This document shows positions 8,386 through 17,324 of a stretch of DNA of 64,000 bases, in pieces; positions within the stretch are counted from its first letter, which is position 1, and each line of letters begins with the position of its first letter. The DNA is from Bdellovibrionota bacterium (GTDB lineage: Bacteria > Bdellovibrionota_G > JALEGL01 > DATDPG01): positions 2,624,001-2,688,000 of the forward strand of contig OY764265.1 of assembly GCA_963668355.1 (NCBI GenBank), in the 5' to 3' direction. Both the position numbers and the translations under genes were made by a program. The notes below the pieces were generated by a model. That model saw nothing but the letters and a program-made list of their open reading frames with translations. It ran no database searches and was not told the origin of the DNA.

Positions 8386-10841
8386 ACGTTTTTGTTGGGA
8401 ACCTGTTCCAGTGCTTGTTTAAACTCTTTCGCCGTTTGAAATCGTTGGTCTGGATTTTTTGCCAAAGCTTTTTGAATCATTTCCTCTAAAGCCGGATGAT
8501 TGAGACCCAACGCAGGAGCTGGAGTATGAACATGATGATAGGTGACTTCACCTTCAACAAATGGAAGCTTCCCCGTTAAAATCTCAAATGCCACGACGCC
8601 CGTGGAATAAAGATCCACGCGATGATCATAACGATCTCCCTGAATTTGCTCCGGAGCCATATAGTAAGGGGATCCGACGGTCTGGGTCGCGGCCAAATGA
8701 CCTTGTCTGAGCATTCTGGCCAATCCGAAATCCAAAATTTTCACGGCTTGAGTTTTGCCCAATAGCAAATTGGCCGTTTTTATGTCTCGATGAACGATGT
8801 CTCGGGCATGAGCGTAATCCAACCCATCTAAGATTTGAAAGAGAACATTCTTTGCCTCTTCCCAGCTCAATTGTTCTTTTTGTTTGAGCCAATCCGCAAG
8901 GCTCAACCCATCGACAAATTCCATCACCAAGTACAATTGATCCCGATGCTTTCCCGCGTCGTAAATTCCAACAATGTTGGCGTGATTCAGGTGGGCTACC
9001 AATTTGGCCTCTTGAAGAATGGTCTTTTGACTCTCTGGATCGTGGGTGTCCTGGCCGACAAAAAATTTAAGAGCCACTTCCCTTCCCAACTTTCGATCTT
9101 CCGCGTGAAAAATTACGCCCATCGCACCTCGACCGATTTCATGATGAAGTTGATACCTCTCCGCGACAATGGCTCCCGGTTGGGCGAGAAAGGGTGAAAA
9201 AGATTCCGATGGAGCCGAGACCCCGGCCTTGGAGTCCGAGGTTGTGGATCGGAGTCGTTCCAATACCGCATCCATTCGAGTGAGAACGTCTTTAAAATGA
9301 AAATCGAAAGCCAGAATATCTTCGTAAATCTCGGAAGCTTTCTTTAAATTTCCCGATCCTTCCAAGAAGGTCGCAAAATCATAAAACAATTCCAAATTAG
9401 TCTGATCCAGAATCTTTCCTCGGCACACAACCTCAAATTTGTCTTTAGCCAAGTCTACTTTTCCTTTTTTCCAAAAAAGCCTGGCCAGAGCATGGGTAGC
9501 ATGTTCCCATTCAGGGGCGTCTTTCGATACTTTTTGATACAAAGAAATGGCCGACCGATCGTCCAAATGTTCTTCCGTCAATCGGGCGGCTTCGAAAAAC
9601 CGTCCGGCATTTACATACTCATCTGCCGCTTCTTTGGGTTTTCCTGCGATTTCATAAGAATTGGCCGCTTGTGTGTGATGTCCCATTTTGGAAAATAACG
9701 GGGCCGCGCTGGCATGGTTTTCCCCTTTTACATTGGTTTTGGCTGCCTCCGTATAGTCTCCGATCTTCACAAAAAGCTCTGCAGCTTTTTCCCAAGAACC
9801 CAGCTCAAAAAAAAGTTTTGCTGCCGCCTCGAATTCACCGGCCTCTTCGAACAATTCGGCAGACCTTGCCTCATCTCCTTGTTCCAAAGCCAACCGAGCT
9901 GAAAAGGCCTTGGCCTCATCCTTTCTTCCTGCCATTTCAAGGAGCCTGGGAACCTCATCAGCTTTCCCCAGTTCTTCAAAGATGTCCGCGGCACGGTCAT
10001 ATTGCCCCGCTCGGATGAACAGGCGGGCCGCGTCTTCGCCTTGGCCTGCCTGGAAATACAAATCGGCGGAGCGAAGCAACTCTCCACACTCTTCCAAACA
10101 TCGGGCTGCTTCCAGCGTTTGATCCGACTTCATGTACAGTTCGAACGCTTTTTTAAACTGTCGAACTCTTCGGTAAGCATTGGCTGCACGGGTTGCAAAC
10201 GAACGCACATTCTCCAACTCTTGAGGCGTGGAGCCCTCTCCCAATCGGGCTCTTTTGGTTTCGAAATCCTGTTCATGCAACTTTCCCAAGTCCTCGTAGC
10301 GTTCCAGAAGGGTTAACAGTTCTTCCACCTTCCTACGGTGTCCTCCCTTTTGGTAGCGATCGAGCGCAATTTCGAGCTTTCCAATCTTTTCCCAGTAGAC
10401 GCCGGCATTTACATAGTGGCGAGCCTGATCATAAGCCTGAGCGGCTTCTTCCAAGCGGTTCAAACGGACAAAAATTTTACCCAAGAATTCCCAGTTTTTG
10501 GCTCTTTGCGCCAATTCGATGGCACCTTCCAAGTCTTCCATTTTCAGGGCCATTTCCGCGGCTTTGGAAAATGCCCCCAATTTCTCATAAAGACTTCTAG
10601 CTTCTCGAAACCTTCCTTTTTGAACAAAATCATCCGCTTTGATTCGCTTGGCCGCCGGATCGTCCAAGGAAAGTGCTTTTAAAACTAGCCTTCCGGACCA
10701 AAGGCATCCCCAGACGAAAAAGAACAACGAAGAAAAAATGGCCCAAAAGCGAAGATGATGGTCGGGAAGGAAGCTCCAAAGGCCCTCAACGTAACTTAAG
10801 AGCCGACCACCTTCTGAAAAAAATTCATTCACTTCCTTCAA
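8382..10841 (-). CDS. membrane-anchored TPR/helical-repeat Ser/Thr protein kinase
   Basis: N-terminal TM segment, long AA-x-Y/F helical repeats, C-terminal Hanks kinase (GRGAMG, VALK, HRDIK, DFG, APE). Confidence 0.92.
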   Translation of the reverse strand: MKEVNEFFSEGGRLLSYVEGLWSFLPDHHLRFWAIFSSLFFFVWGCLWSGRLVLKALSLDDPAAKRIKADDFVQKGRFREARSLYEKLGAFSKAAEMALKMEDLEGAIELAQRAKNWEFLGKIFVRLNRLEEAAQAYDQARHYVNAGVYWEKIGKLEIALDRYQKGGHRRKVEELLTLLERYEDLGKLHEQDFETKRARLGEGSTPQELENVRSFATRAANAYRRVRQFKKAFELYMKSDQTLEAARCLEECGELLRSADLYFQAGQGEDAARLFIRAGQYDRAADIFEELGKADEVPRLLEMAGRKDEAKAFSARLALEQGDEARSAELFEEAGEFEAAAKLFFELGSWEKAAELFVKIGDYTEAAKTNVKGENHASAAPLFSKMGHHTQAANSYEIAGKPKEAADEYVNAGRFFEAARLTEEHLDDRSAISLYQKVSKDAPEWEHATHALARLFWKKGKVDLAKDKFEVVCRGKILDQTNLELFYDFATFLEGSGNLKKASEIYEDILAFDFHFKDVLTRMDAVLERLRSTTSDSKAGVSAPSESFSPFLAQPGAIVAERYQLHHEIGRGAMGVIFHAEDRKLGREVALKFFVGQDTHDPESQKTILQEAKLVAHLNHANIVGIYDAGKHRDQLYLVMEFVDGLSLADWLKQKEQLSWEEAKNVLFQILDGLDYAHARDIVHRDIKTANLLLGKTQAVKILDFGLARMLRQGHLAATQTVGSPYYMAPEQIQGDRYDHRVDLYSTGVVAFEILTGKLPFVEGEVTYHHVHTPAPALGLNHPALEEMIQKALAKNPDQRFQTAKEFKQALEQVPNKNV

Positions 10842-10881
10842 TTTACAAGGAGGAGCGCTCTCCGTACAATCAATTCCTCAT

Positions 10882-11997
10882 ATGGATATTCATTCGCTAC
10901 CCCCAAAAGACTTGGTCCGCTTCATCCAGCGGATTCGGAAATTCGAAATCGACGAGCACGAGACCTATCTCCATGGACTTCTGGTGAATATCCTTTCAGA
11001 AATTGTGGAATTTGTGCCTTCTGAAGGTTCCGTCATATTGATTGACCAACCTTTGGAAAAACATTCCAGCTCCAAGGCCCAAAAAGAACTCACCTATGTG
11101 GCCGCATTTGGTCCCCAAACTCAAAGTTTAATTGGAAGATCCGTGACCAGCACGAGTGGAATCGTCGGGGAAACCTATACATTAGGAAAGCCGGCCGTTC
11201 GAAAGGCTGACGATCAAAGAAGCTTAACCATGGATCGCAATCTTTATCGTCATCCGCTTTCGACGTTGATTTCGGTTCCCCTTCGGATCGAAAACGCCGT
11301 AATTGGCGTACTTCTCTTATTCAACAAGAAAGATCCTGTGGGGTATACGATTCGGGATTTAAAACTCGTGGAGATTTTCGCAGGTTATCTGTCTACTTCA
11401 ATTCAAAACGCCATTGATGCCCACAAAGCCCGCGAACTATCGAAACGAGACGATCTAACGGGCCTCTTCAACGACCGTTTCTTTCACCGCCAACTTGAGA
11501 CAGAAGTTCGCAAAGCGGATGAGGGGAAAACCCCGCTTTGTCTTGCCTTTATGGACTTGGACAACTTTAAATCCATCAACGATCAATACGGACATCTGGT
11601 CGGAAGTCAGACGCTCAAGGAAATTGGTTTTGTGATTCGAGAAATTGTTGATGTTCCCGATGCGACCTTAGCAAGATATGGAGGGGACGAATACGTAATG
11701 ATCTTTCCTTCCATCTCAATTGAAAAAGCCGTTGAATTTGCCAATGCCATCCGAGAAGAAATCAAGCAAAAGATGTTCATGATTGAATTGGGCGAGAAAG
11801 ACGGTTCGTTTGTGAATTTTAAAGGATTGTTGTCCTGTAGTGTCGGGGTGGCCTCCCTGCATGACCATATTCCTGAAGGGGGCTCCACGAAAGATCGAAA
11901 AAATCTTCTCATTCGTCTTGCGGACACAGCCATGTATACCTCGAAAGACGCAGGAAAAAACTGCGTGACTGTTGCTTCATCGGTTGCCGAGGTTTAA
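10882..11997 (+). CDS. GAF-GGDEF diguanylate cyclase
   Basis: GAF-like N-terminus; DDLTGLFN, MDLDNFKSINDQYGH, YGGDEY and ADTAMY.SK.AGKN. Confidence 0.92.
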   Translation: MDIHSLPPKDLVRFIQRIRKFEIDEHETYLHGLLVNILSEIVEFVPSEGSVILIDQPLEKHSSSKAQKELTYVAAFGPQTQSLIGRSVTSTSGIVGETYTLGKPAVRKADDQRSLTMDRNLYRHPLSTLISVPLRIENAVIGVLLLFNKKDPVGYTIRDLKLVEIFAGYLSTSIQNAIDAHKARELSKRDDLTGLFNDRFFHRQLETEVRKADEGKTPLCLAFMDLDNFKSINDQYGHLVGSQTLKEIGFVIREIVDVPDATLARYGGDEYVMIFPSISIEKAVEFANAIREEIKQKMFMIELGEKDGSFVNFKGLLSCSVGVASLHDHIPEGGSTKDRKNLLIRLADTAMYTSKDAGKNCVTVASSVAEV

Positions 11998-13101
11998 CCC
12001 GTTAAAAATTCCTTGGTATTTCTTCAAATCGGCTTTTGACATTCCAATGGCCAGCAAAACCATGTTCCGTTCATGAATGAAGGGGCCTTTCCCACTTTTT
12101 TCCCATTCTTTCACAAACTCTTGAGCCTCAGCTTGGTTGTCCCATACGGACAGATCCAAAAAAACAGCTTTACCATTCTCTTTTTGGATCAGCCAAAATC
12201 GATCCCCACCCCATCCTCGCGCCGCTTGTCCCCCCAGTATTTGCGCAAATCCAAACTCCCCCAATACATTCGTCGAAAGCCATGGGGAAAGCTTGGAAAT
12301 CTGATTCGAGGGAATGCCAATCGGCGCATTTTTCTTTTGGCCCCACTCATCCGGATGCAAGATTTGTTCAGTGGAAAGAGGAAGCTCCCGTTCGAAATGA
12401 CGGCTGATGGTCTCCCACCCCCCATCTTGAAATCTTGAAATGACGAATTTTAAGCCTTCCGTGTAAGGAAAAAGAAATCCCTGTAAGACGCGAGGTGGAA
12501 GTTCACACTTCTTGGATATGGAAAAAGGCTCTTGGGTTTGGTTCGTTCTCGTATCTAAAGGAAAATCTTCAGCAGCGATCTGCGTCATCACCCACATGGC
12601 TTCTCCCTCAATCAAAGCCTGCCGAGCCAAGGTTTTGTCGTCATTCTCCTTGTCTCGACGAAGAAACGTTTCCAAACCGAAATGTTGATCTTGAAGTGCG
12701 TGGGTTAATTCGTGGTAAACAATGGATCTTTCCACCCCGGAAGTTGATTGGGTTTCAGGAAAGACCATTTCCTCTTTCCGAGGGTCGTAATAGCCGCCAA
12801 TTTCATGCGTCAAAAATTCAAGAATACATGTTTGATAGGGATAGTCTGACGGGATGAGGTTTAAAAGTTTCAATACCGTTTCCTCATGGCGAATTTCGTC
12901 TCCCACGTATTCCTCTTCGACTCTGGAGCGGAGATATTCCAAGATTTGTGACTTGGATTTTCGCGTACGTTTTACGGCGCGCTTAAACGAAAGTTCGCGA
13001 ACGTATTCGACCCGGTCCACCATGTTCTTGGGAACGACATTGACTTGAGAGCACCCCAAAAATGTGCTCAGGAGAATTCCCAAAATGAGCTGGTTGTTCA
13101 A
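11977..13101 (-). CDS. lipoprotein, putative zinc metallopeptidase (DUF6782-like)
   Basis: Lipobox FLGC; GYYDP; HELTHALQDQHF; ALIEGEA third ligand; FPY..G and STEQILHP. Confidence 0.75.
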   Translation of the reverse strand: MNNQLILGILLSTFLGCSQVNVVPKNMVDRVEYVRELSFKRAVKRTRKSKSQILEYLRSRVEEEYVGDEIRHEETVLKLLNLIPSDYPYQTCILEFLTHEIGGYYDPRKEEMVFPETQSTSGVERSIVYHELTHALQDQHFGLETFLRRDKENDDKTLARQALIEGEAMWVMTQIAAEDFPLDTRTNQTQEPFSISKKCELPPRVLQGFLFPYTEGLKFVISRFQDGGWETISRHFERELPLSTEQILHPDEWGQKKNAPIGIPSNQISKLSPWLSTNVLGEFGFAQILGGQAARGWGGDRFWLIQKENGKAVFLDLSVWDNQAEAQEFVKEWEKSGKGPFIHERNMVLLAIGMSKADLKKYQGIFNGLNLGNR

Positions 13102-13124
13102 AGCAAGATGGAACCTACGTGGAT

Positions 13125-14210
13125 TTAGTTCTCAAAACAACCGGAACGAAAAGGAATCATACTTTCTACGAAAATCTCCAAGCAACCGTTTCGAATAAAG
13201 TCTCCATCATCCGAAATTCGAAAAGCTTTTCGACCGTATCCAGGCGTGCTCAGGAGTCCCCAGTTTACACTCGACGCATCCGGAATCGCCTGCCTAACTT
13301 GCACAGAGTCTCCTCCAGTCGTTTTTATTCCCCATTCATACATCTCGGTTACCGAGGGCACGCGTGCCCAGTTTGGACCGCTGGTTCCATGACTCAATCG
13401 ATCGACCACGACCTTCTCTTCGACCACGGGAGTTGTCGTCCACACTTTTTCAACTCCACCTTCAAGAATTCTCGAGGGAATCCAAATGGGAACCTCAATG
13501 CTCTCCCTTACGTCCGCCAACTCCTCAAGGTTCCAAACCTCTTGGGGAAACCGAGGGACCACCTCCCCATTCGATTTCGCGAGGGTCGCATCGCGATCGT
13601 AAAACCATTCGTCAAAGCTTTCTTCGGACAAACGATACTCAGGTGTGGAAAACCATTTTTCATTTTCCTTTCGGAAATCGTTCGAAAGATTGTTCCGATA
13701 CCTTTTGGCCAAGGCCGCTAAATCCGAAGCTCGAATGGGCAAGCTCATGGAAATTCCAGAACCTTGGGGATTTCCATCCTCGGGGGCAAAAAACCGAACG
13801 GAACAGCCTTCGATGCGCGTATCTCGAGCCAAACGATCATCCGCCCCTTTCGTTCCTAGAACCATCCCGTCCAAGGCATACATATAATCCAAGGATTGCG
13901 TGGTGTTTCCCTGAGAAGCCCACACTTCCCACTCGGTTTGAGAAACATCCAAGAATCGAATGACCAGGGGAATCGAAAGGACGTCGCCACGTTCATTCGC
14001 AAGGGCATAGTGAACTTCTCCCGGAGATGCGCTATTGAAAAAATCCCGAACGGAAAATTCAAGAGAAGCTCGCAAAACGACAGATTCTTCCACAGATATA
14101 TCCGAATGGGAGGCGGAAGGATTCGAACAGTCGCACTCGGCAAACAGAGGCGACGTTGGCAGAAGAAGGAAAAGAAGAAATGGGATCAAGAAGGCAGAAA
14201 TTCTCATCAT
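13125..14210 (-). CDS. hypothetical secreted protein
   Basis: About 360 aa with signal peptide MMRISAFLIPFLLFLLLPTSPLFA; no family recognised. Confidence 0.65.
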   Translation of the reverse strand: MMRISAFLIPFLLFLLLPTSPLFAECDCSNPSASHSDISVEESVVLRASLEFSVRDFFNSASPGEVHYALANERGDVLSIPLVIRFLDVSQTEWEVWASQGNTTQSLDYMYALDGMVLGTKGADDRLARDTRIEGCSVRFFAPEDGNPQGSGISMSLPIRASDLAALAKRYRNNLSNDFRKENEKWFSTPEYRLSEESFDEWFYDRDATLAKSNGEVVPRFPQEVWNLEELADVRESIEVPIWIPSRILEGGVEKVWTTTPVVEEKVVVDRLSHGTSGPNWARVPSVTEMYEWGIKTTGGDSVQVRQAIPDASSVNWGLLSTPGYGRKAFRISDDGDFIRNGCLEIFVESMIPFRSGCFEN

Positions 14211-14217
14211 CCGGCCG

Positions 14218-14238
14218 ATGTAACACAACGCGTTACAT
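14218..14238. promoter_or_regulatory. palindromic candidate operator ATGTAAC-N7-GTTACAT
   Basis: Perfect 7-bp inverted arms in the short divergent intergenic region. Confidence 0.4.
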
Positions 14239-14292
14239 TGAGCAACTGTCTTTTCTCTTGAAATATCCATGCGTTAAAACAATGATGCTTCT

Positions 14293-15075
14293 GTGAAAAT
14301 CGCAATTTCGCAATTGAATTCCGGGTCCGATTGGTCAGAAAATGAAAAGAGATTAATCGAATGCATTCGAAAAGCGGCGGAAGCTTCAGCCCAATGCATC
14401 GTTTTTCCCGAAAACGCCTTGTATATGGGACCTCGTAACCGTCTGTTATCTTTGGGCCAAAAGCATTTTTCGGCGCTCCAAAACACCTTGGTCCATTTGG
14501 CCAAGGAACATCGTTTGGCCATTCTCTTGGGGGGCGTTCCTGAACCCATCCCCACCCTTCCGAAAGTCTTTAACACGGCTTTATTCATCGACGAAACCGG
14601 AAAGATTCTGGGAAAGTATCGAAAAAGACATCTTTTTGACGTGAAAACGCCGGAAGGAAGACGTTTCCGAGAATCCAAGGAAATGGAGGCTGGAAAACGC
14701 AGGGTTCAATTTAATTGGAATGGTTTCACCATTGGCCTTCACATTTGCTATGACCTTCGTTTTCCGGAAGATTTTCGGGCTCAAGCTCGTCGGGGGGGCA
14801 ATCTCTTTCTCGTCCCCGCCGCATTCACATATGAAACGGGAAAGGCGCATTGGAAGTCTTTGATTCGGGCCCGAGCCATTGAAAATTTGAGCTACGTGGT
14901 GGCTCCGGGACAAACCGGAAAGCACCCAGGAAACAACCATACATTTGGCCACAGTTTGGTGGTCGACCCTTGGGGAACGGTGTTAGCCGAAGCGGGAAAT
15001 CGCCCCACCTTGCTTTATGCCGAGCTTGACGCAATGCTAAGTCGCCAATATCGCAAAAGGTTCCCGGCTTGCTAG
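14293..15075 (+). CDS. carbon-nitrogen hydrolase (Nit1/deaminated glutathione amidase-like)
   Basis: FPE, YRKRHLFD and ICYDLRFPE give the E-K-C triad; RARAIEN; GHS..VDPWG. Confidence 0.88.
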   Translation: MKIAISQLNSGSDWSENEKRLIECIRKAAEASAQCIVFPENALYMGPRNRLLSLGQKHFSALQNTLVHLAKEHRLAILLGGVPEPIPTLPKVFNTALFIDETGKILGKYRKRHLFDVKTPEGRRFRESKEMEAGKRRVQFNWNGFTIGLHICYDLRFPEDFRAQARRGGNLFLVPAAFTYETGKAHWKSLIRARAIENLSYVVAPGQTGKHPGNNHTFGHSLVVDPWGTVLAEAGNRPTLLYAELDAMLSRQYRKRFPAC

Positions 15076-15122
15076 GGCCGCCTCCTCCAGGTATAAACCT
15101 GACCCAGCTCAGCAAAAAAAGT

Positions 15123-16052
15123 ATGGAGAAACGAAAATTTCAGCGTAAACCCGATTGGATCAAGGTTCGCCAACCCGGAGGCGAGGCCTTTTTACGCGTC
15201 AATTCCGAGATGCGAAAGCACTCCCTCCACACCGTGTGCGAGGAAGCCCGTTGTCCGAACTTGGCCGAATGTTGGGGAGGTGGAACGGCAACCCTCATGA
15301 TCATGGGCGATATGTGTACGCGAGGCTGCCGTTTTTGTTCGGTGAAGAGTGGTTGGCCAGCCAATCCCCCAGACCCTCAGGAACCCAAGAAGGCCGCCGA
15401 GAGTGTGGTTTCCATGAATCTCAAATACGTCGTATTGACGTCGGTCGATCGGGACGATTTGGCGGATGCCGGTGCCGATCACTTTGCTCAAACGATCGAG
15501 GCCATTCATGACCGTTGCGAAGAAGTGCTCGTGGAGGCGCTGGTTCCTGACTTTCAAGGCAAAGAAGACTCCATCCTTCGACTCATGGCCGCGAAACCCG
15601 AGGTGTACGCGCATAACGTTGAAACCGTTCGGCGTTTGACGCCCCAGGTTCGAGACCGGAGATCCAGCTATGACTTGTCCCTCAAGGTCCTGAAACGCGT
15701 GAAAGAGCTCGATCCCAAGCAATGGACCAAAAGTTCCATCATGCTGGGACTGGGGGAAACGGAAGAAGAAGTCCTGGAGACGATGCAGGATCTTCGTAAA
15801 GCCAAGGTCGATTTTCTGACCCTGGGACAGTATTTAAAACCTTCTTCCAAGCACTTGGATGTTGTCGAGTTTGTTCATCCAGATCAATTTGAAGTTTATC
15901 GCGAAAAGGCATTGGCCATGGGTTTCGAGTATGTTGCCTCGGGTCCTTTGGTTCGAAGTTCTTATCGTGCAGGAGAGTTTTATTTGGAGTCGATGATTCG
16001 AGCACAAGGCAAAATGGCCGAATCCACTCAATCATTACCCATTCATCATTAG
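15123..16052 (+). CDS. lipA: lipoyl synthase
   Basis: CEEARCPNLAEC, CTRGCRFC, HNVETV and RSSY motifs. Confidence 0.96.
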   Translation: MEKRKFQRKPDWIKVRQPGGEAFLRVNSEMRKHSLHTVCEEARCPNLAECWGGGTATLMIMGDMCTRGCRFCSVKSGWPANPPDPQEPKKAAESVVSMNLKYVVLTSVDRDDLADAGADHFAQTIEAIHDRCEEVLVEALVPDFQGKEDSILRLMAAKPEVYAHNVETVRRLTPQVRDRRSSYDLSLKVLKRVKELDPKQWTKSSIMLGLGETEEEVLETMQDLRKAKVDFLTLGQYLKPSSKHLDVVEFVHPDQFEVYREKALAMGFEYVASGPLVRSSYRAGEFYLESMIRAQGKMAESTQSLPIHH

Positions 16053-16065
16053 TTTGGAGGTTTCC

Positions 16066-17307
16066 GTGGGATTTGAATTTAAATTACCTGAAATTGGTGA
16101 AGGCGTTACGGAGGGCGAAGTCGTCAAATGGCTTGTCAACGAAGGCGAAGAAGTGGGCGAAGATCAACCTCTGGTTGAGGTCATGACAGACAAAGCAACG
16201 GTTGAAATTGCGTCTCCGAAGGCCGGTCGAATTGAGAAAATCATGGCCGAAAGCGGAGACGTCATCCCCGTAGGAAACGTCCTGGTGGTCATCAACGAAA
16301 ATGGTTCGGCAGGCCAAGTGATTCAGTTGGACAGCAAGTCTGCGCAAGAAAAGCCCGAAGAGGAGAAAAAGAAAGCCCAAGAAAAAGAGGATAAACCGCA
16401 AAAAGAGACGTCCACAGATGAGACCTCCTCTCCCTCACAAATGGGGGCACGCGTTCTGGCATCTCCCGCCACGCGAAAATTGGCCAGGGAAAAAGGAATT
16501 GACCTAGATAATATTCAAGGTTCAGGACCTAACGGTCGCATCACACGAGAGGATGTCTTGAACGGGTCCAAAAAGAGTTCTTCGGGAGCCTCTCAACCAA
16601 CACACGAAAAACGAGAGGAAGAACGAATCCCCGTTCGCGGAATTCGTAAAAAGATTGCGGCCCACATGGTTCATTCGAAACATACGGCCCCCCACTTTAC
16701 GTTGGTCGAAGAAGTGGACATGACGGAAGTGGTTCGTCTGAGGGAAAAAGCAAAACCCGAAGCCGAAAAGAAAGGCATCAAGCTCACCTTCCTCCCCTTC
16801 ATCATTCAAGCCGTTTGTCACACGTTGAAAAGCTATCCGATGTTAAATGCCTCTTTGGATGATGACGCGCAGGAAATTATCGTCAAACCCTACTTCAACA
16901 TTGGTCTTGCAGCGGCCACAGAGAATGGCTTGATTGTTCCGGTCATCAAAAACGCGGATCAAAAAAACATTTGGCAACTGGCTGAGGAGGTTTTGGATTT
17001 AGCCAACAAGGCTCGAAAGGGACAACTCTCATTGGATGAACTGCAAGGTGGAACCTTCACCATCACAAGCACGGGAAACTCGGGGGGAATTCTCTCTACT
17101 CCGATCATTAACCATCCCGAAGTAGCTATTTTGGCTTTGAATCGAATCAAAGACACGCCTCTTGTGATCGACGGTGAAGTGGCCATTCGAAAAGTTGGAT
17201 ATCTCTCATTGAGTTTGGATCATCGAGTGATCGATGGCGCCGTGGCGGCGGAATATCTCCAATATTTGAAAACGATTCTAGAAACTCCAGGCCTTATGCT
17301 CTTATAG
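16066..17307 (+). CDS. 2-oxoacid dehydrogenase E2 dihydrolipoamide acyltransferase
   Basis: Single lipoyl domain (TDKA), E3-binding ASPATRKLA..GSGPNGRI, catalytic DHRVIDG; GGAGG RBS before GTG 16066. Confidence 0.95.
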   Translation: MGFEFKLPEIGEGVTEGEVVKWLVNEGEEVGEDQPLVEVMTDKATVEIASPKAGRIEKIMAESGDVIPVGNVLVVINENGSAGQVIQLDSKSAQEKPEEEKKKAQEKEDKPQKETSTDETSSPSQMGARVLASPATRKLAREKGIDLDNIQGSGPNGRITREDVLNGSKKSSSGASQPTHEKREEERIPVRGIRKKIAAHMVHSKHTAPHFTLVEEVDMTEVVRLREKAKPEAEKKGIKLTFLPFIIQAVCHTLKSYPMLNASLDDDAQEIIVKPYFNIGLAAATENGLIVPVIKNADQKNIWQLAEEVLDLANKARKGQLSLDELQGGTFTITSTGNSGGILSTPIINHPEVAILALNRIKDTPLVIDGEVAIRKVGYLSLSLDHRVIDGAVAAEYLQYLKTILETPGLMLL

Positions 17308-17324
17308 AAAGTTAGGAAGATATC

